A stretch of DNA of 64,000 nucleotides, from NCBI GenBank assembly GCA_018815925.1, contig JAHIWS010000019.1, forward strand, positions 252 through 64,251, written 5' to 3'. The DNA comes from Nanobdellota archaeon (lineage in GTDB: Archaea; Nanobdellota; Nanobdellia; Pacearchaeales; GW2011-AR1). The notes beneath the pieces were generated by a model, which saw only the letters and a list, made by a program, of their open reading frames with translations, made no database searches and was not told the origin of the DNA. The position numbers and the translations under genes were made by a program. Positions 10,316-18,729 of this stretch are shown in pieces; the first letter of the stretch is position 1, and each line of letters opens with the position of its first letter.

Positions 10316-10346
10316 GTGTATACATACAAGTGTATACTATTTAAAT
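10316..10346 (-). promoter_or_regulatory. Promoter with candidate operator: two GTGTATAC direct repeats between a TATA box and the ATG
   Basis: GTGTATAC at 10316-10323 and 10330-10337 (each contains the GTATAC palindrome, 14-bp period). TATTTAAAT at 10338-10346 is a TATA-like box for the minus-strand gene starting at 10315. Confidence 0.35.
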
Positions 10347-10390
10347 GTTTTGATGAAAATTTATTAAAAATTTGCAATAAAATTACCTTG

Positions 10391-10723
10391 TTAATCCATA
10401 TAAAAAGGACCACTATTCCTTATTTCATAAGAACTATCAACAACATTAGGACCTTTAAAATTATAACAACTATCAACTAGATCAATTCTTACTGAGGTAT
10501 TATCTACTGATTTAGAAATTGAATCTGAGAAAAAAGGAGTGCAGAAATATTCTGCAAAGCTTTGATATTTTCGCTCTTCTTCAACATTTCTAATTTTTTT
10601 ATTAATCTCTCTAATCTCTTGTAAATCAGGTACACCGCCCACAATCATCTTACTATCTCCAATCTTAGGAACCAAAAACAAAAACCCAAAAGCAACCACT
10701 AAAGTCATTAAATTTCTTCCCAT
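10391..10723 (-). CDS. hypothetical secreted/membrane-anchored protein
   Basis: 110 aa with an N-terminal hydrophobic segment LMTLVVAFGFLFLV. Confidence 0.4.
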   Translation of the reverse strand: MGRNLMTLVVAFGFLFLVPKIGDSKMIVGGVPDLQEIREINKKIRNVEEERKYQSFAEYFCTPFFSDSISKSVDNTSVRIDLVDSCYNFKGPNVVDSSYEIRNSGPFYMD

Positions 10724-10810
10724 ACAACCAATAACATCTCACACTTTTTAAGTATTATTACAAAAAAACACTACATAAATTTTTATAAAAATAAAATACA
10801 AATTAATAAT

Positions 10811-11200
10811 ATGATTTCAAAATTATATGTTATCTTGGGAACAATGACAACAAAAATAAATGAAAAATCTACAGATTTTCCTACAGCAGGTATAATTGAA
10901 CAAAAACACACAGGAAAATTTACAGGAAAAGGCTTTGATTTTATGGGATATTACACATTAATAGGTGATGAAAAAGAAAATAAAATTAGATTAATAAAAA
11001 TATACGACGAAAAACCAGAAAACATAGTACTTAATCTTAATAAAATAAATAATAAAATATGGATAGGAGAATGGAAATACAAAGCTAGAAAAGGAACAGT
11101 AGAATTTACAATAAATGAAATTCAAACAAATCAAATTAATTTAAGAATATTTGAAGCATATAAACAAGGAAGACCTCCTAAAAAAAGAAGAAGAAACTAA
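10811..11200 (+). CDS. hypothetical protein
   Basis: 129-aa ATG ORF with a basic C-terminal tail PPKKRRRN; no motif. Confidence 0.4.
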   Translation: MISKLYVILGTMTTKINEKSTDFPTAGIIEQKHTGKFTGKGFDFMGYYTLIGDEKENKIRLIKIYDEKPENIVLNLNKINNKIWIGEWKYKARKGTVEFTINEIQTNQINLRIFEAYKQGRPPKKRRRN

Positions 11201-11204
11201 AAAA

Positions 11205-11606
11205 ATGAAAATCTGGCTTGAAAAATATTCTAAAATTTTTTGGATAATTACCTTAGTAATTGCTATTTTTATTTTTTATACTTCAACACTAACTTTCCCA
11301 CTTGCAACAGGTAAATTAGGAATAACCTCAATACTTTATCACCTTTCAGTATTTTTTGCATTAGGTTTCTTTTTATTAATATCTTCTTTAAAAGGAAAAT
11401 TAAATTGCAAAATTTATTTAGTAATAATTATCTCAGTTTTATATGGGATTTTAGATGAACTTCATCAATTTTTTGTTCCTGGAAGATATACTGCATTTTC
11501 TGATATTCTAACAGATTCTGTTGGGATAATTTTAGCATCTACAATTTATCTTATAATTATTAAATTAAAAAACCTTAAAAACTACAAAAAACTAATCCCC
11601 CTATAA
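11205..11606 (+). CDS. VanZ-like membrane protein
   Basis: LDELHQFFVPGRYTAFSDILTDSVGI motif and 4 TM helices. The track start (11151) is TTG; the first ATG is at 11205, directly after the upstream stop. Confidence 0.6.
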   Translation: MKIWLEKYSKIFWIITLVIAIFIFYTSTLTFPLATGKLGITSILYHLSVFFALGFFLLISSLKGKLNCKIYLVIIISVLYGILDELHQFFVPGRYTAFSDILTDSVGIILASTIYLIIIKLKNLKNYKKLIPL

Positions 11607-11648
11607 GTTCAGAAGGAAAATAAAACTTTCCACTATATCTTATTTAAA

Positions 11649-12290
11649 ATGAATAACAAAGAGGTACTAAAAAACATTAAAAGATTTTGGAAAAAGTTTT
11701 GGTTTATTGTTTGGAAAGATGAATCTCTAAGAGGATGGATTTTATCAATAATTTTTTTATTTGTTTTAATTAAATTTATTTTCTTCCCTACTCTAAGTTT
11801 CATAACAGGAACTTCCTTACCTTTAGCAATTGTTGAATCATGTTCTATGTATCATTCAGGAAATCTATTTTCAGATTTTGATTCTTGGTGGCAAAAACAC
11901 GATACAAAATATGAACCTTTTGTAATAGAAAAATTAGAATTTCAAAATTACAAATTCAAAAATGGTTTTAACAAAGGAGATATTTTATTTGTTATTGGAA
12001 TAAAACCTGAAAAAATAAAATTAGGCGATGTAATAATCTTTAATGCAAATAAACAAAACCCATTAATTCATAGGGTCATAAGTATAAAAACAGATTCTAA
12101 TGGAAAAAAAATATTCTCAACAATAGGAGATAATAATAATGGACAATTAAGTATAGAAAAGAATATTAATGAAGATCAATTGATAGGAAAAGCAATTTTC
12201 AAACTAGCCCCATATGCTGGGTGGGGAAAACTCATATTTTTTGAATCATTTAGACCTGAATCAGAAAAAGGTTTTTGTAAAGAAAATTAA
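11649..12290 (+). CDS. Signal peptidase I, archaeal/Sec11 type (S26B)
   Basis: 213 aa. N-terminal TM helix, nucleophile box ESCSMYH, GDILFV, LIHRV (His general base), GDNN box. Confidence 0.7.
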   Translation: MNNKEVLKNIKRFWKKFWFIVWKDESLRGWILSIIFLFVLIKFIFFPTLSFITGTSLPLAIVESCSMYHSGNLFSDFDSWWQKHDTKYEPFVIEKLEFQNYKFKNGFNKGDILFVIGIKPEKIKLGDVIIFNANKQNPLIHRVISIKTDSNGKKIFSTIGDNNNGQLSIEKNINEDQLIGKAIFKLAPYAGWGKLIFFESFRPESEKGFCKEN

Positions 12291-12331
12291 AAAAACAAAA
12301 AATTTAAAAAGAGGTGGGTACAAAAGCTACA

Positions 12332-12640
12332 ATGGAATTTTGCCCTAAATGTGGAGCTGTTCTAATTCAAAAAAGAAAAAACTATGGGTGTGCTAGATGC
12401 AATTATTCTTCAAAAGATAAAGTAAAAATAGCCACTTCTGAAAAAATAGAAGAAAAAAAGAAAATAGCAGTTATCTCAGAAAAAGACACACAAATTCTTC
12501 CTATAATTGCAGAAACATGCAAAAGATGTGGAAACAATAAAGCTTATTTCTGGACAGTTCAAACACGTTCAGGTGACGAAGCAGAAACAAAATTCTTCAA
12601 ATGCACAAAATGTGATTTTACTTGGAGAGAGTATCGTTAA
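12332..12640 (+). CDS. tfs: Transcription factor S (TFS / RpoM-like)
   Basis: MEFCPKCG...CARC N-terminal Zn ribbon. C-terminal CKRCG...QTRSGDEAETKFFKCTKC with the acidic loop. The track start 12314 is GTG, so ATG 12332 is preferred. Confidence 0.85.
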   Translation: MEFCPKCGAVLIQKRKNYGCARCNYSSKDKVKIATSEKIEEKKKIAVISEKDTQILPIIAETCKRCGNNKAYFWTVQTRSGDEAETKFFKCTKCDFTWREYR

Positions 12641-13419
12641 TCTTTCTCCTTAAACAAACTAGTAAAATCAGTATCTTTTTCCTCTTCATGTTCTTCTGGA
12701 GGCATATTTGAATTAGGACAATCAAAAGGATGCCAAGAATCATTTCCAAGAGCCATATCAATCAAAATCCACCTGCCATCCTTAGCTTTGCAAAAGTCAA
12801 CACCCCAATAACCATAAACATTCTGGGAAACTTTTTTAGAATATTGTGTCAAAAGATTAACTTCTTCTCCTTCATAATTCATTTTAGATACAATAGCTTT
12901 CCAATTTTCTGGAAGTAATGTAGAAAGAGTTCCTTTTTCAACAGCTTTTTCAATCCAATAAGCATGATGACATAAAAGTTTTCCATCTTCCACAAAATAT
13001 CTCCTCTCAGGATTAACAGGCATTTCTCCAGAAAAAGCATTAAATCCAGTATCCATAGGAATAAATTCTCTAACAACAATAGCTTCTAAAGGCAATCCTA
13101 AAAAATCTGCAAGCTTATTATGTATAACAAGTTCAGCAAGATGGTTTTTCAATTCACTAAAATTATTAAGATAACAAGTATCCTTCCAAGAATGTTTAGC
13201 TGAAAGTTCATCTGTTCTTAAAAAAACAGGTAAAGAAAATTTAGATTCAATCAAATGTCGAACTTCTCTTTCTATCCTATCTAAATTAAAAAAATCTCCC
13301 TCCCCTTCATAATATTCCTTTTTTTCATTATCATTTAATCTAATAATTTCTGTTCTAGGAATAGGAATCTCCAAATTCTTAATTTTAGGAAACCAATATA
13401 ATAAACTATTTTTATCCAT
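12637..13419 (-). CDS. ATP-grasp-like protein (phage-type R2K-like family, tentative)
   Basis: 260 aa. N-terminal YWFPKIKNLEIPIPRTEI, FLRTDELSAKHSWKD, VVREFI, PERRYFVEDGK, WGVDFCKAKDGRWILIDMA resemble the ATP-grasp pattern common in phage proteins (from memory). Confidence 0.4.
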   Translation of the reverse strand: MDKNSLLYWFPKIKNLEIPIPRTEIIRLNDNEKKEYYEGEGDFFNLDRIEREVRHLIESKFSLPVFLRTDELSAKHSWKDTCYLNNFSELKNHLAELVIHNKLADFLGLPLEAIVVREFIPMDTGFNAFSGEMPVNPERRYFVEDGKLLCHHAYWIEKAVEKGTLSTLLPENWKAIVSKMNYEGEEVNLLTQYSKKVSQNVYGYWGVDFCKAKDGRWILIDMALGNDSWHPFDCPNSNMPPEEHEEEKDTDFTSLFKEKD

Positions 13420-13475
13420 TATAAAAAAGTAGAAAAATATAGGTTTTAAAGATTATTGTAAACAAGAATAAAAAA

Positions 13476-13608
13476 TGGCCCTGGAGGGATTTGAACCCCC
13501 GACACCCGGATAACTCTAGACTAGAATCAATAGATTCTGTCGAAGCCCGCGAATTAAAATTCACGTCCTTAAGAGTCCGGCGCTCTAACCAGGCTGAGCT
13601 ACAGAGCC
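13476..13608 (-). tRNA. tRNA-Lys(CUU) with a 58-nt intron at canonical position 37/38
   Basis: Acceptor GGCTCTG/CAGGGCC. D arm GCTC-AGCCTGGTTA-GAGC. Anticodon stem CCGGA/TCCGG, loop CT-CTT-AA. T arm GGGGG-TTCAAAT-CCCTC, discriminator A, no encoded CCA. A T-run follows the 3' end. Confidence 0.9.
13512..13569 (-). other. tRNA-Lys intron (bulge-helix-bulge)
   Basis: Central 4-bp helix CTCT/AGAG flanked by 3-nt bulges (TAA on the 5' side, TTA on the 3' side) and outer helix GGAC/GTCT. Internal hairpin GAATC-TATT-GATTC. Confidence 0.75.
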
Positions 13609-13626
13609 ACTTGTTTTTGTTAAGGC
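13584..13626 (-). repeat. 43-bp direct repeat, copy 1 (tRNA-Lys nt 1-25 plus 18 nt upstream)
   Basis: Identical to 13654-13696 at every position on character-by-character comparison. Confidence 0.95.
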
Positions 13627-13653
13627 CAAGCTCATCATGGTTTAACTTTAGAT

Positions 13654-13696
13654 TCTAACCAGGCTGAGCTACAGAGCCACTTGTTTTTGTTAAGGC
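13654..13696 (-). repeat. 43-bp direct repeat, copy 2 (orphan tRNA-Lys 5' fragment with native upstream context)
   Basis: Perfect copy 70 bp upstream of copy 1. The 27-nt spacer 13627-13653 is unrelated to the sequence following copy 2. Confidence 0.95.
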
Positions 13697-13796
13697 AAAA
13701 ACATAAAATAACTAGAAATAATTTATTTAAAAACATATCCTCAGCTACTCCCAGCCACAATTATTAAAACTAATTCAGGGGCGGTAGTTTAAAAAA

Positions 13797-14063
13797 TTAT
13801 TTTATTAAACCTTGAATATTTCCAATTGCATCTGCAACTTCCCTTCCTTTCTTAGTTAGCTTTATCACCTTTATTCGCCCCCTTTTTTCAAAATCAACTA
13901 ACTTCAAAATTTCTAAAGTTTGCAGAATCTTTACTGCATGGCTATAGGTACAATCAACCTCTTTAGCCAAAATACTACCATACCTCATTCTTGTATTCTT
14001 CTTCAAAGAGACCAACATCAAAGCTGGCTTTCTTCTAAAAAAGATATCAAAATTGTCTTTCAT
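13797..14063 (-). CDS. Winged-helix transcriptional regulator (ArsR/MarR-like)
   Basis: 88 aa. YGSILAKEVDCTYSHAVKILQTLEILKLVDFEKRGRIKVIKLTKKG is an HTH plus wing pattern. Confidence 0.6.
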   Translation of the reverse strand: MKDNFDIFFRRKPALMLVSLKKNTRMRYGSILAKEVDCTYSHAVKILQTLEILKLVDFEKRGRIKVIKLTKKGREVADAIGNIQGLIK

Positions 14064-14219
14064 TTTTGTTTGGTATGTTATAAAACTTAATTAGTTTAAT
14101 GTATATATTCAGATAGTGTCGTCTTTTTAAATGTTTTGTAGTATATATATTTGTCCCCATTCTCTAGTGAAAAATAAACAAAGAGCAAATCTTATTAACC
14201 CTAAAAAATTTCAAATATT

Positions 14220-14855
14220 ATGGACAAAAAAAATAAAGCACTTACAAAAAAAACAAAAATCTTGGCAATAGGAGATATTCATGGAGACACAGGACTTGTA
14301 AAAAAGCTTGCTCAAAAAGCAAAAAAAGAAAATGTTGATGTAGTTATTTTGGCAGGAGATTTAACTTTTGCAGAAATGTCTCTAAAAAACATAATAGGCC
14401 CATTTGCAAAAGCAAAAAAAACTGTTTTAATTGTACCAGGAAATCACGAAGCAGTTTCAACAACAGCTTTTCTTTCTGAAATGTATGCCCCATACTCAAA
14501 ACATCTCCATGGATATTCCTTTAAAAAAGAAGGTGTTGGTTTTTTTGGTGCAGGAACAGCAGAAATAGGACCTAATGTTCTAAAAGATCAAACAATTTTT
14601 AATTTACTTAAAAAAAGTCATTTTAAAATAAAAAATTCAAAAAAGAAAATAATGGTAACACATATGCATCCAGAAGGGTCAAAATCTGAGTTTTCAGGTT
14701 TTCCAGGATCAAAGGCAATAAAAAGGGCCATAATAGAGCTTCAACCAGATATTGCAATTTGCTCACATATTCACGAAGCAGCAGGACTAGAAGACAAAAT
14801 AGGAAAAACCAAAGTAATAAATGTCAGCAGAAAAGCAAAAATTTTTGAAATTTGA
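14220..14855 (+). CDS. Calcineurin-like metallophosphoesterase
   Basis: 211 aa. GDIHGD, GDL, GNHE, THMHP and CSHIHE metal-ligand motifs in canonical order. Confidence 0.8.
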   Translation: MDKKNKALTKKTKILAIGDIHGDTGLVKKLAQKAKKENVDVVILAGDLTFAEMSLKNIIGPFAKAKKTVLIVPGNHEAVSTTAFLSEMYAPYSKHLHGYSFKKEGVGFFGAGTAEIGPNVLKDQTIFNLLKKSHFKIKNSKKKIMVTHMHPEGSKSEFSGFPGSKAIKRAIIELQPDIAICSHIHEAAGLEDKIGKTKVINVSRKAKIFEI

Positions 14856-14896
14856 ACATTAAAAACTCTTAAATACCCTTTTTCTTCCCTATATTA

Positions 14897-17218
14897 ATGC
14901 CCAGAAAGCTTAAAAAATCCAAGGAAGAAAAATTAGCTGAAAGTTTCTTTCCAGTCGATCAAGACGATCTAAAAAGAACAACTGAGAAATCTATGAAAGA
15001 ATCAATTTCAGAAAAAGATCTAACCAAAAAAGCTATTGAAAAAAAACATACAAAACTTCTTGGATATGATTTAGAAAATGTAAAAAAAATTCCAAGAAAA
15101 AGATATAAAAGAAAAACAAAAAAGACAATTGATTCTAAAAGATATTCTCCACCAAAAATAAATTATACAGATTATGAATTAATTATTACTGAAAAACCAC
15201 AAGCAGCAGCAAAAATCTCAGAAGCATTAGGAAAATCAACAAGGAGGGATTCAGGAGGTGTAACTTATTATGAATTAATAAAAAATGGAAATAGAATAAT
15301 TGTTGCCTGTGCTGTAGGACATTTATTTACTTTAAAACAAAACAATCCAGGATCAGAAATACCCACTTTTGACATAAGCTGGACTCCAAATTATTTAATA
15401 AAAAAAAATGATTTCACAAAAAAATATTATAACACTTTATCAGCACTTTCAAAAAAAGCAAATTCCTTCACTGTAGCTACAGACTATGATGTTGAAGGAG
15501 AAGTTATTGGATTTAATATTATAAGATTTATATGTCATAAAAAAGATGCAAATAGAATGAAATTCTCCACACTAACAGAAAAAGAATTAAACCAGGCTTA
15601 TAAGAACAAGTCAAAAAACATAAATTGGGGGCAGGCTATTGCAGGAGAAACAAGACATTATTTAGACTGGTTTTATGGTATTAATCTTTCAAGAGCCCTA
15701 ATGAATTCTATTAAAACCACAGGAAGTTTTAGAATAATGTCTATAGGAAGAGTTCAGGGTCCAACACTAAATCTAATTGTCCAAAAAGAAAGAAAAATCC
15801 AAGATTTTAAATCAGAACCCTATTGGCAAGTTTTTATTACAGTTAAAAATGGCCATATTCTAGAATTAAAATACAACAAAGATATTTTCAAAAAAGAAGA
15901 ATTAGATAAATTTCAGGAACTTAAAGGAAAAACAGCAGAATGTTCAACAATTAAAACTCAAGAAACCTTGCCACCCAACCCTCCTTTTAATCTTACTACT
16001 CTACAAACAGAAGCCTACAAATTTTATGGGATAACTCCCTCTAGAACACTACAAATAGCACAATCACTTTATTTAGCTGGACTTATTTCATATCCAAGAA
16101 CATCTTCTCAAAAACTTCCTTCTTCAATAAATTATCTAAGTATTTTAAACAAATTAGCAAAAGAATACAAGGTCTCGCACCTAATAACTAAAAACAAACC
16201 AATTGAAGGAAAAAAATCAGATCCAGCTCACCCTTCAATATATCCAACAGGAAATAAACAAATTTTATCAGGAGATGATGAAAAAATATATAGTTTAATT
16301 ATTAAAAGATTCTTATGTCTTTTTTGTGATTCTGCTATAATAGAAAACAAAAGAATAATAGCAAAAATAAATGAGCTAATATTCAGCACCAGGGGATTAG
16401 AAATAATAAAAAAAGCTTGGATGGAAATATACCCCTCAAAACTCAAAGAAGTAAAAATTCCAGATTTAAATGGAACTATGAAAATAATCAATACCAGGTT
16501 TGAAGAAAAACAAACTCAACCTCCGAAAAGATACTCTCCTGCTTCAATAATTTCTCAATTAGAAAAAAGAAATCTTGGAACAAAAGCAACTCGTAGCAGT
16601 ATTCTTGAAACTCTTTACAATAGAGGTTATATTCAAGACACAAGTATAAAAGCAACACAATTAGGAATGTCTTTAATATCAACTTTAGAAAAGTATTCTT
16701 CTATCATAATCGATGAAAAACTCACAAGAAGTTTTGAAGATTCAATGGAATCAATAACAACCTCTACAAAAAATTGGTTAGATAAAGAAAAAAATATAAT
16801 AGAAAAAGCAAAAAAAACAATAATAGGTATTGCAAAAGATTTTGAAAAGAATGAAAAAAAAATAGGAAAAGAACTCTTAGATGCTAATTTAAAACAACGT
16901 GAACAGCAAAAAAAAGAAAATACACTCATTCAATGCCCTATCTGTAAAAAAGGAAATTTAGGAATTACATATTCTAAAAAAACAAGAAGACAATTTGTTG
17001 CGTGTGATGCATATCCAGATTGTAAAACAACTTTCTCACTTCCTCCAAATGGATTAATAAAAAAAACAGAAAAAGTTTGTGAAGAGTGTAATTACCCTAT
17101 GCTAATGAGACTTTCAAAAGGAAAAAGACCATGGCAATTTTGCTTTAATCCTAATTGTAAAACTAACAAAGAAAGACTAGAAGAATATAGAAAAAAACAA
17201 GAACAAGAAGAAAAATAA
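14897..17218 (+). CDS. topA: DNA topoisomerase, type IA
   Basis: 773 aa. TOPRIM (LIITEKP, DYDVEGE), active-site Tyr context GLISYPRTSSQ, two C-terminal Zn ribbons (CPICKKG...CDAYPDC; CEECNYP...CFNPNC). Lys-rich N-terminal extension of about 95 aa. Confidence 0.92.
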   Translation: MPRKLKKSKEEKLAESFFPVDQDDLKRTTEKSMKESISEKDLTKKAIEKKHTKLLGYDLENVKKIPRKRYKRKTKKTIDSKRYSPPKINYTDYELIITEKPQAAAKISEALGKSTRRDSGGVTYYELIKNGNRIIVACAVGHLFTLKQNNPGSEIPTFDISWTPNYLIKKNDFTKKYYNTLSALSKKANSFTVATDYDVEGEVIGFNIIRFICHKKDANRMKFSTLTEKELNQAYKNKSKNINWGQAIAGETRHYLDWFYGINLSRALMNSIKTTGSFRIMSIGRVQGPTLNLIVQKERKIQDFKSEPYWQVFITVKNGHILELKYNKDIFKKEELDKFQELKGKTAECSTIKTQETLPPNPPFNLTTLQTEAYKFYGITPSRTLQIAQSLYLAGLISYPRTSSQKLPSSINYLSILNKLAKEYKVSHLITKNKPIEGKKSDPAHPSIYPTGNKQILSGDDEKIYSLIIKRFLCLFCDSAIIENKRIIAKINELIFSTRGLEIIKKAWMEIYPSKLKEVKIPDLNGTMKIINTRFEEKQTQPPKRYSPASIISQLEKRNLGTKATRSSILETLYNRGYIQDTSIKATQLGMSLISTLEKYSSIIIDEKLTRSFEDSMESITTSTKNWLDKEKNIIEKAKKTIIGIAKDFEKNEKKIGKELLDANLKQREQQKKENTLIQCPICKKGNLGITYSKKTRRQFVACDAYPDCKTTFSLPPNGLIKKTEKVCEECNYPMLMRLSKGKRPWQFCFNPNCKTNKERLEEYRKKQEQEEK

Positions 17219-17220
17219 AA

Positions 17221-17412
17221 TTATTTCTTTTTCTTTTTACCTTTTGTTACTGGAACTTCTGTAGAGCAAGTATTACACTTAAAAGCATGGAACAAGATAA
17301 TTACACCAGCAAGAACCACTAACCATTTTGTCCAAGTAGTAGGTATCCAAAGTGTAAATACAATTACAATTAAACCCAAAAAAACACCCCACCATTTATT
17401 ACAATCACACAT
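17221..17412 (-). CDS. small Cys-containing membrane protein
   Basis: 63 aa. Two hydrophobic helices, CDC and CNTC pairs, poly-Lys tail. Confidence 0.45.
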   Translation of the reverse strand: MCDCNKWWGVFLGLIVIVFTLWIPTTWTKWLVVLAGVIILFHAFKCNTCSTEVPVTKGKKKKK

Positions 17413-17467
17413 TTAAACTCACCTCATTTAATTGATATTTAATAACAAAGAGTATTTATAAATTTGT

Positions 17468-18673
17468 CTAAAACCATTCCCTTAAATTTTTCTGAGTCCT
17501 AAGTTGTTCTAATAATTTACTTTTATCTAAAAGGTTTTTATTATCAAAACCATATTTTATCATTCCAATTTTCTTACTACTATTAACTACATCATCTAGG
17601 CTATCAAATTTTAGAGGTTTTTTATCCATAGCTTTTTTCACTGATTCTCTAACTACCCAAACCCCAAGTGATGCCCAATAACTTGGAGTCTCTAATCTAA
17701 TAACCAAAACACTGGCTTGTCTCTTAAGATTATTTAAATATTCAAGTATTGGAAGACGAGCAGCATAATAACCTCCTGCAGTAGCTGAAGCATATGTTTT
17801 TCTTCCACTAAACCACTCAAAATCTGTTGAAGCCTTTATCTGTTTTGAAGGATTCCAAGAACTTCCAGGAAAATAAATCTCAAACAACTCATAACTCCAA
17901 ACATTAGGAAATAACATAATCAAATAATGGTTTCCTAAAAAACTTCCAAAAAATAATTCATAATCTTCAATCCATTTATAATCCTTAATATTTTTCAAAA
18001 GAAATTTCCCTAAAGAATCATCAGTAGCTGTTATACTCCATCTTGTAGGAACAAGTCTTTTATTTTTCTTTAATCCTAAAACTCCAACACTCAAAATTTT
18101 ACTTAAAACATATTCAGAAAATTTATTTCTATAAAGATACTCAATACCTTCAGAAGATTTTATTTCATCATTAACAACCTTATCTACCCTCCTATCTATT
18201 TTAACATTCTCTGTAATTCTAGCTTTTTTTAATGGTGCCCTCATTCCTATATCCGTAACAACTCTGTCCTTTTTTCTCCCCAAAACAACATTTTTCTTTA
18301 ACTCAATTTCCACATCTACTGGTTTTGAAGCAAGTGCAATTTCCTGTGCAATTTGAATAAATTTTTTATTTAACCTAGAATCTTGGACATTTGACTGGAA
18401 TCTAGAATTAAGTAAATTATCCCTTAATCTAACCACATCATGTATTGAAAAATCATTATTAGCCCAATAAGGAGCATCATCATAAACCCAAGCATCTTCA
18501 TCTTTTTCTAAAGGACTCAAAATACCAACATTAACCAAAGGATATCTTAATTTACTTCCAATAAAAACACTTGGAGGGGAATTACTATCTAACTTAAAAA
18601 TCTTACATATATCTTTATATTTAAACTTGGTCTGAGCTATTTTCTTAATAATTTCAAACTTAATATCTGACAT
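17468..18673 (-). CDS. Nre-family (NreA-like) DNA repair protein, tentative
   Basis: 401 aa. SPPSVFIGSKLRYPLVNVGILSP near the N-terminus and overall size recall archaeal Nre_N/Nre_C proteins (memory-based). Confidence 0.5.
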   Translation of the reverse strand: MSDIKFEIIKKIAQTKFKYKDICKIFKLDSNSPPSVFIGSKLRYPLVNVGILSPLEKDEDAWVYDDAPYWANNDFSIHDVVRLRDNLLNSRFQSNVQDSRLNKKFIQIAQEIALASKPVDVEIELKKNVVLGRKKDRVVTDIGMRAPLKKARITENVKIDRRVDKVVNDEIKSSEGIEYLYRNKFSEYVLSKILSVGVLGLKKNKRLVPTRWSITATDDSLGKFLLKNIKDYKWIEDYELFFGSFLGNHYLIMLFPNVWSYELFEIYFPGSSWNPSKQIKASTDFEWFSGRKTYASATAGGYYAARLPILEYLNNLKRQASVLVIRLETPSYWASLGVWVVRESVKKAMDKKPLKFDSLDDVVNSSKKIGMIKYGFDNKNLLDKSKLLEQLRTQKNLREWF

Positions 18674-18729
18674 AAAATAGCAAGGTAATAGAAGTTTATA
18701 TTATTTTTTTGTTACTTAGAGGTTAAAGA

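Noticed and set aside
10811-11200. C-terminal PPKKRRRN as a nuclear-localisation-like or nucleic-acid-binding signal of special significance.
   Set aside because: Short basic tails are common in this proteome, for example the poly-Lys tails at 17221-17412 and 53950-54309. No further support was found.
13627-13653. ATGATGA (C-box-like) in the spacer between the tRNA-Lys repeats as a C/D-box sRNA.
   Set aside because: On the strand carrying ATGATGA there is no CTGA D box at a suitable distance and no terminal stem. The only nearby CTGA is on the opposite strand.
13584-13696. The 43-bp repeats as a CRISPR array.
   Set aside because: There are only two copies, one of which is part of a functional tRNA. 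There is a single 27-nt spacer and no cas genes. No other spaced repeat arrays were noticed in the window.
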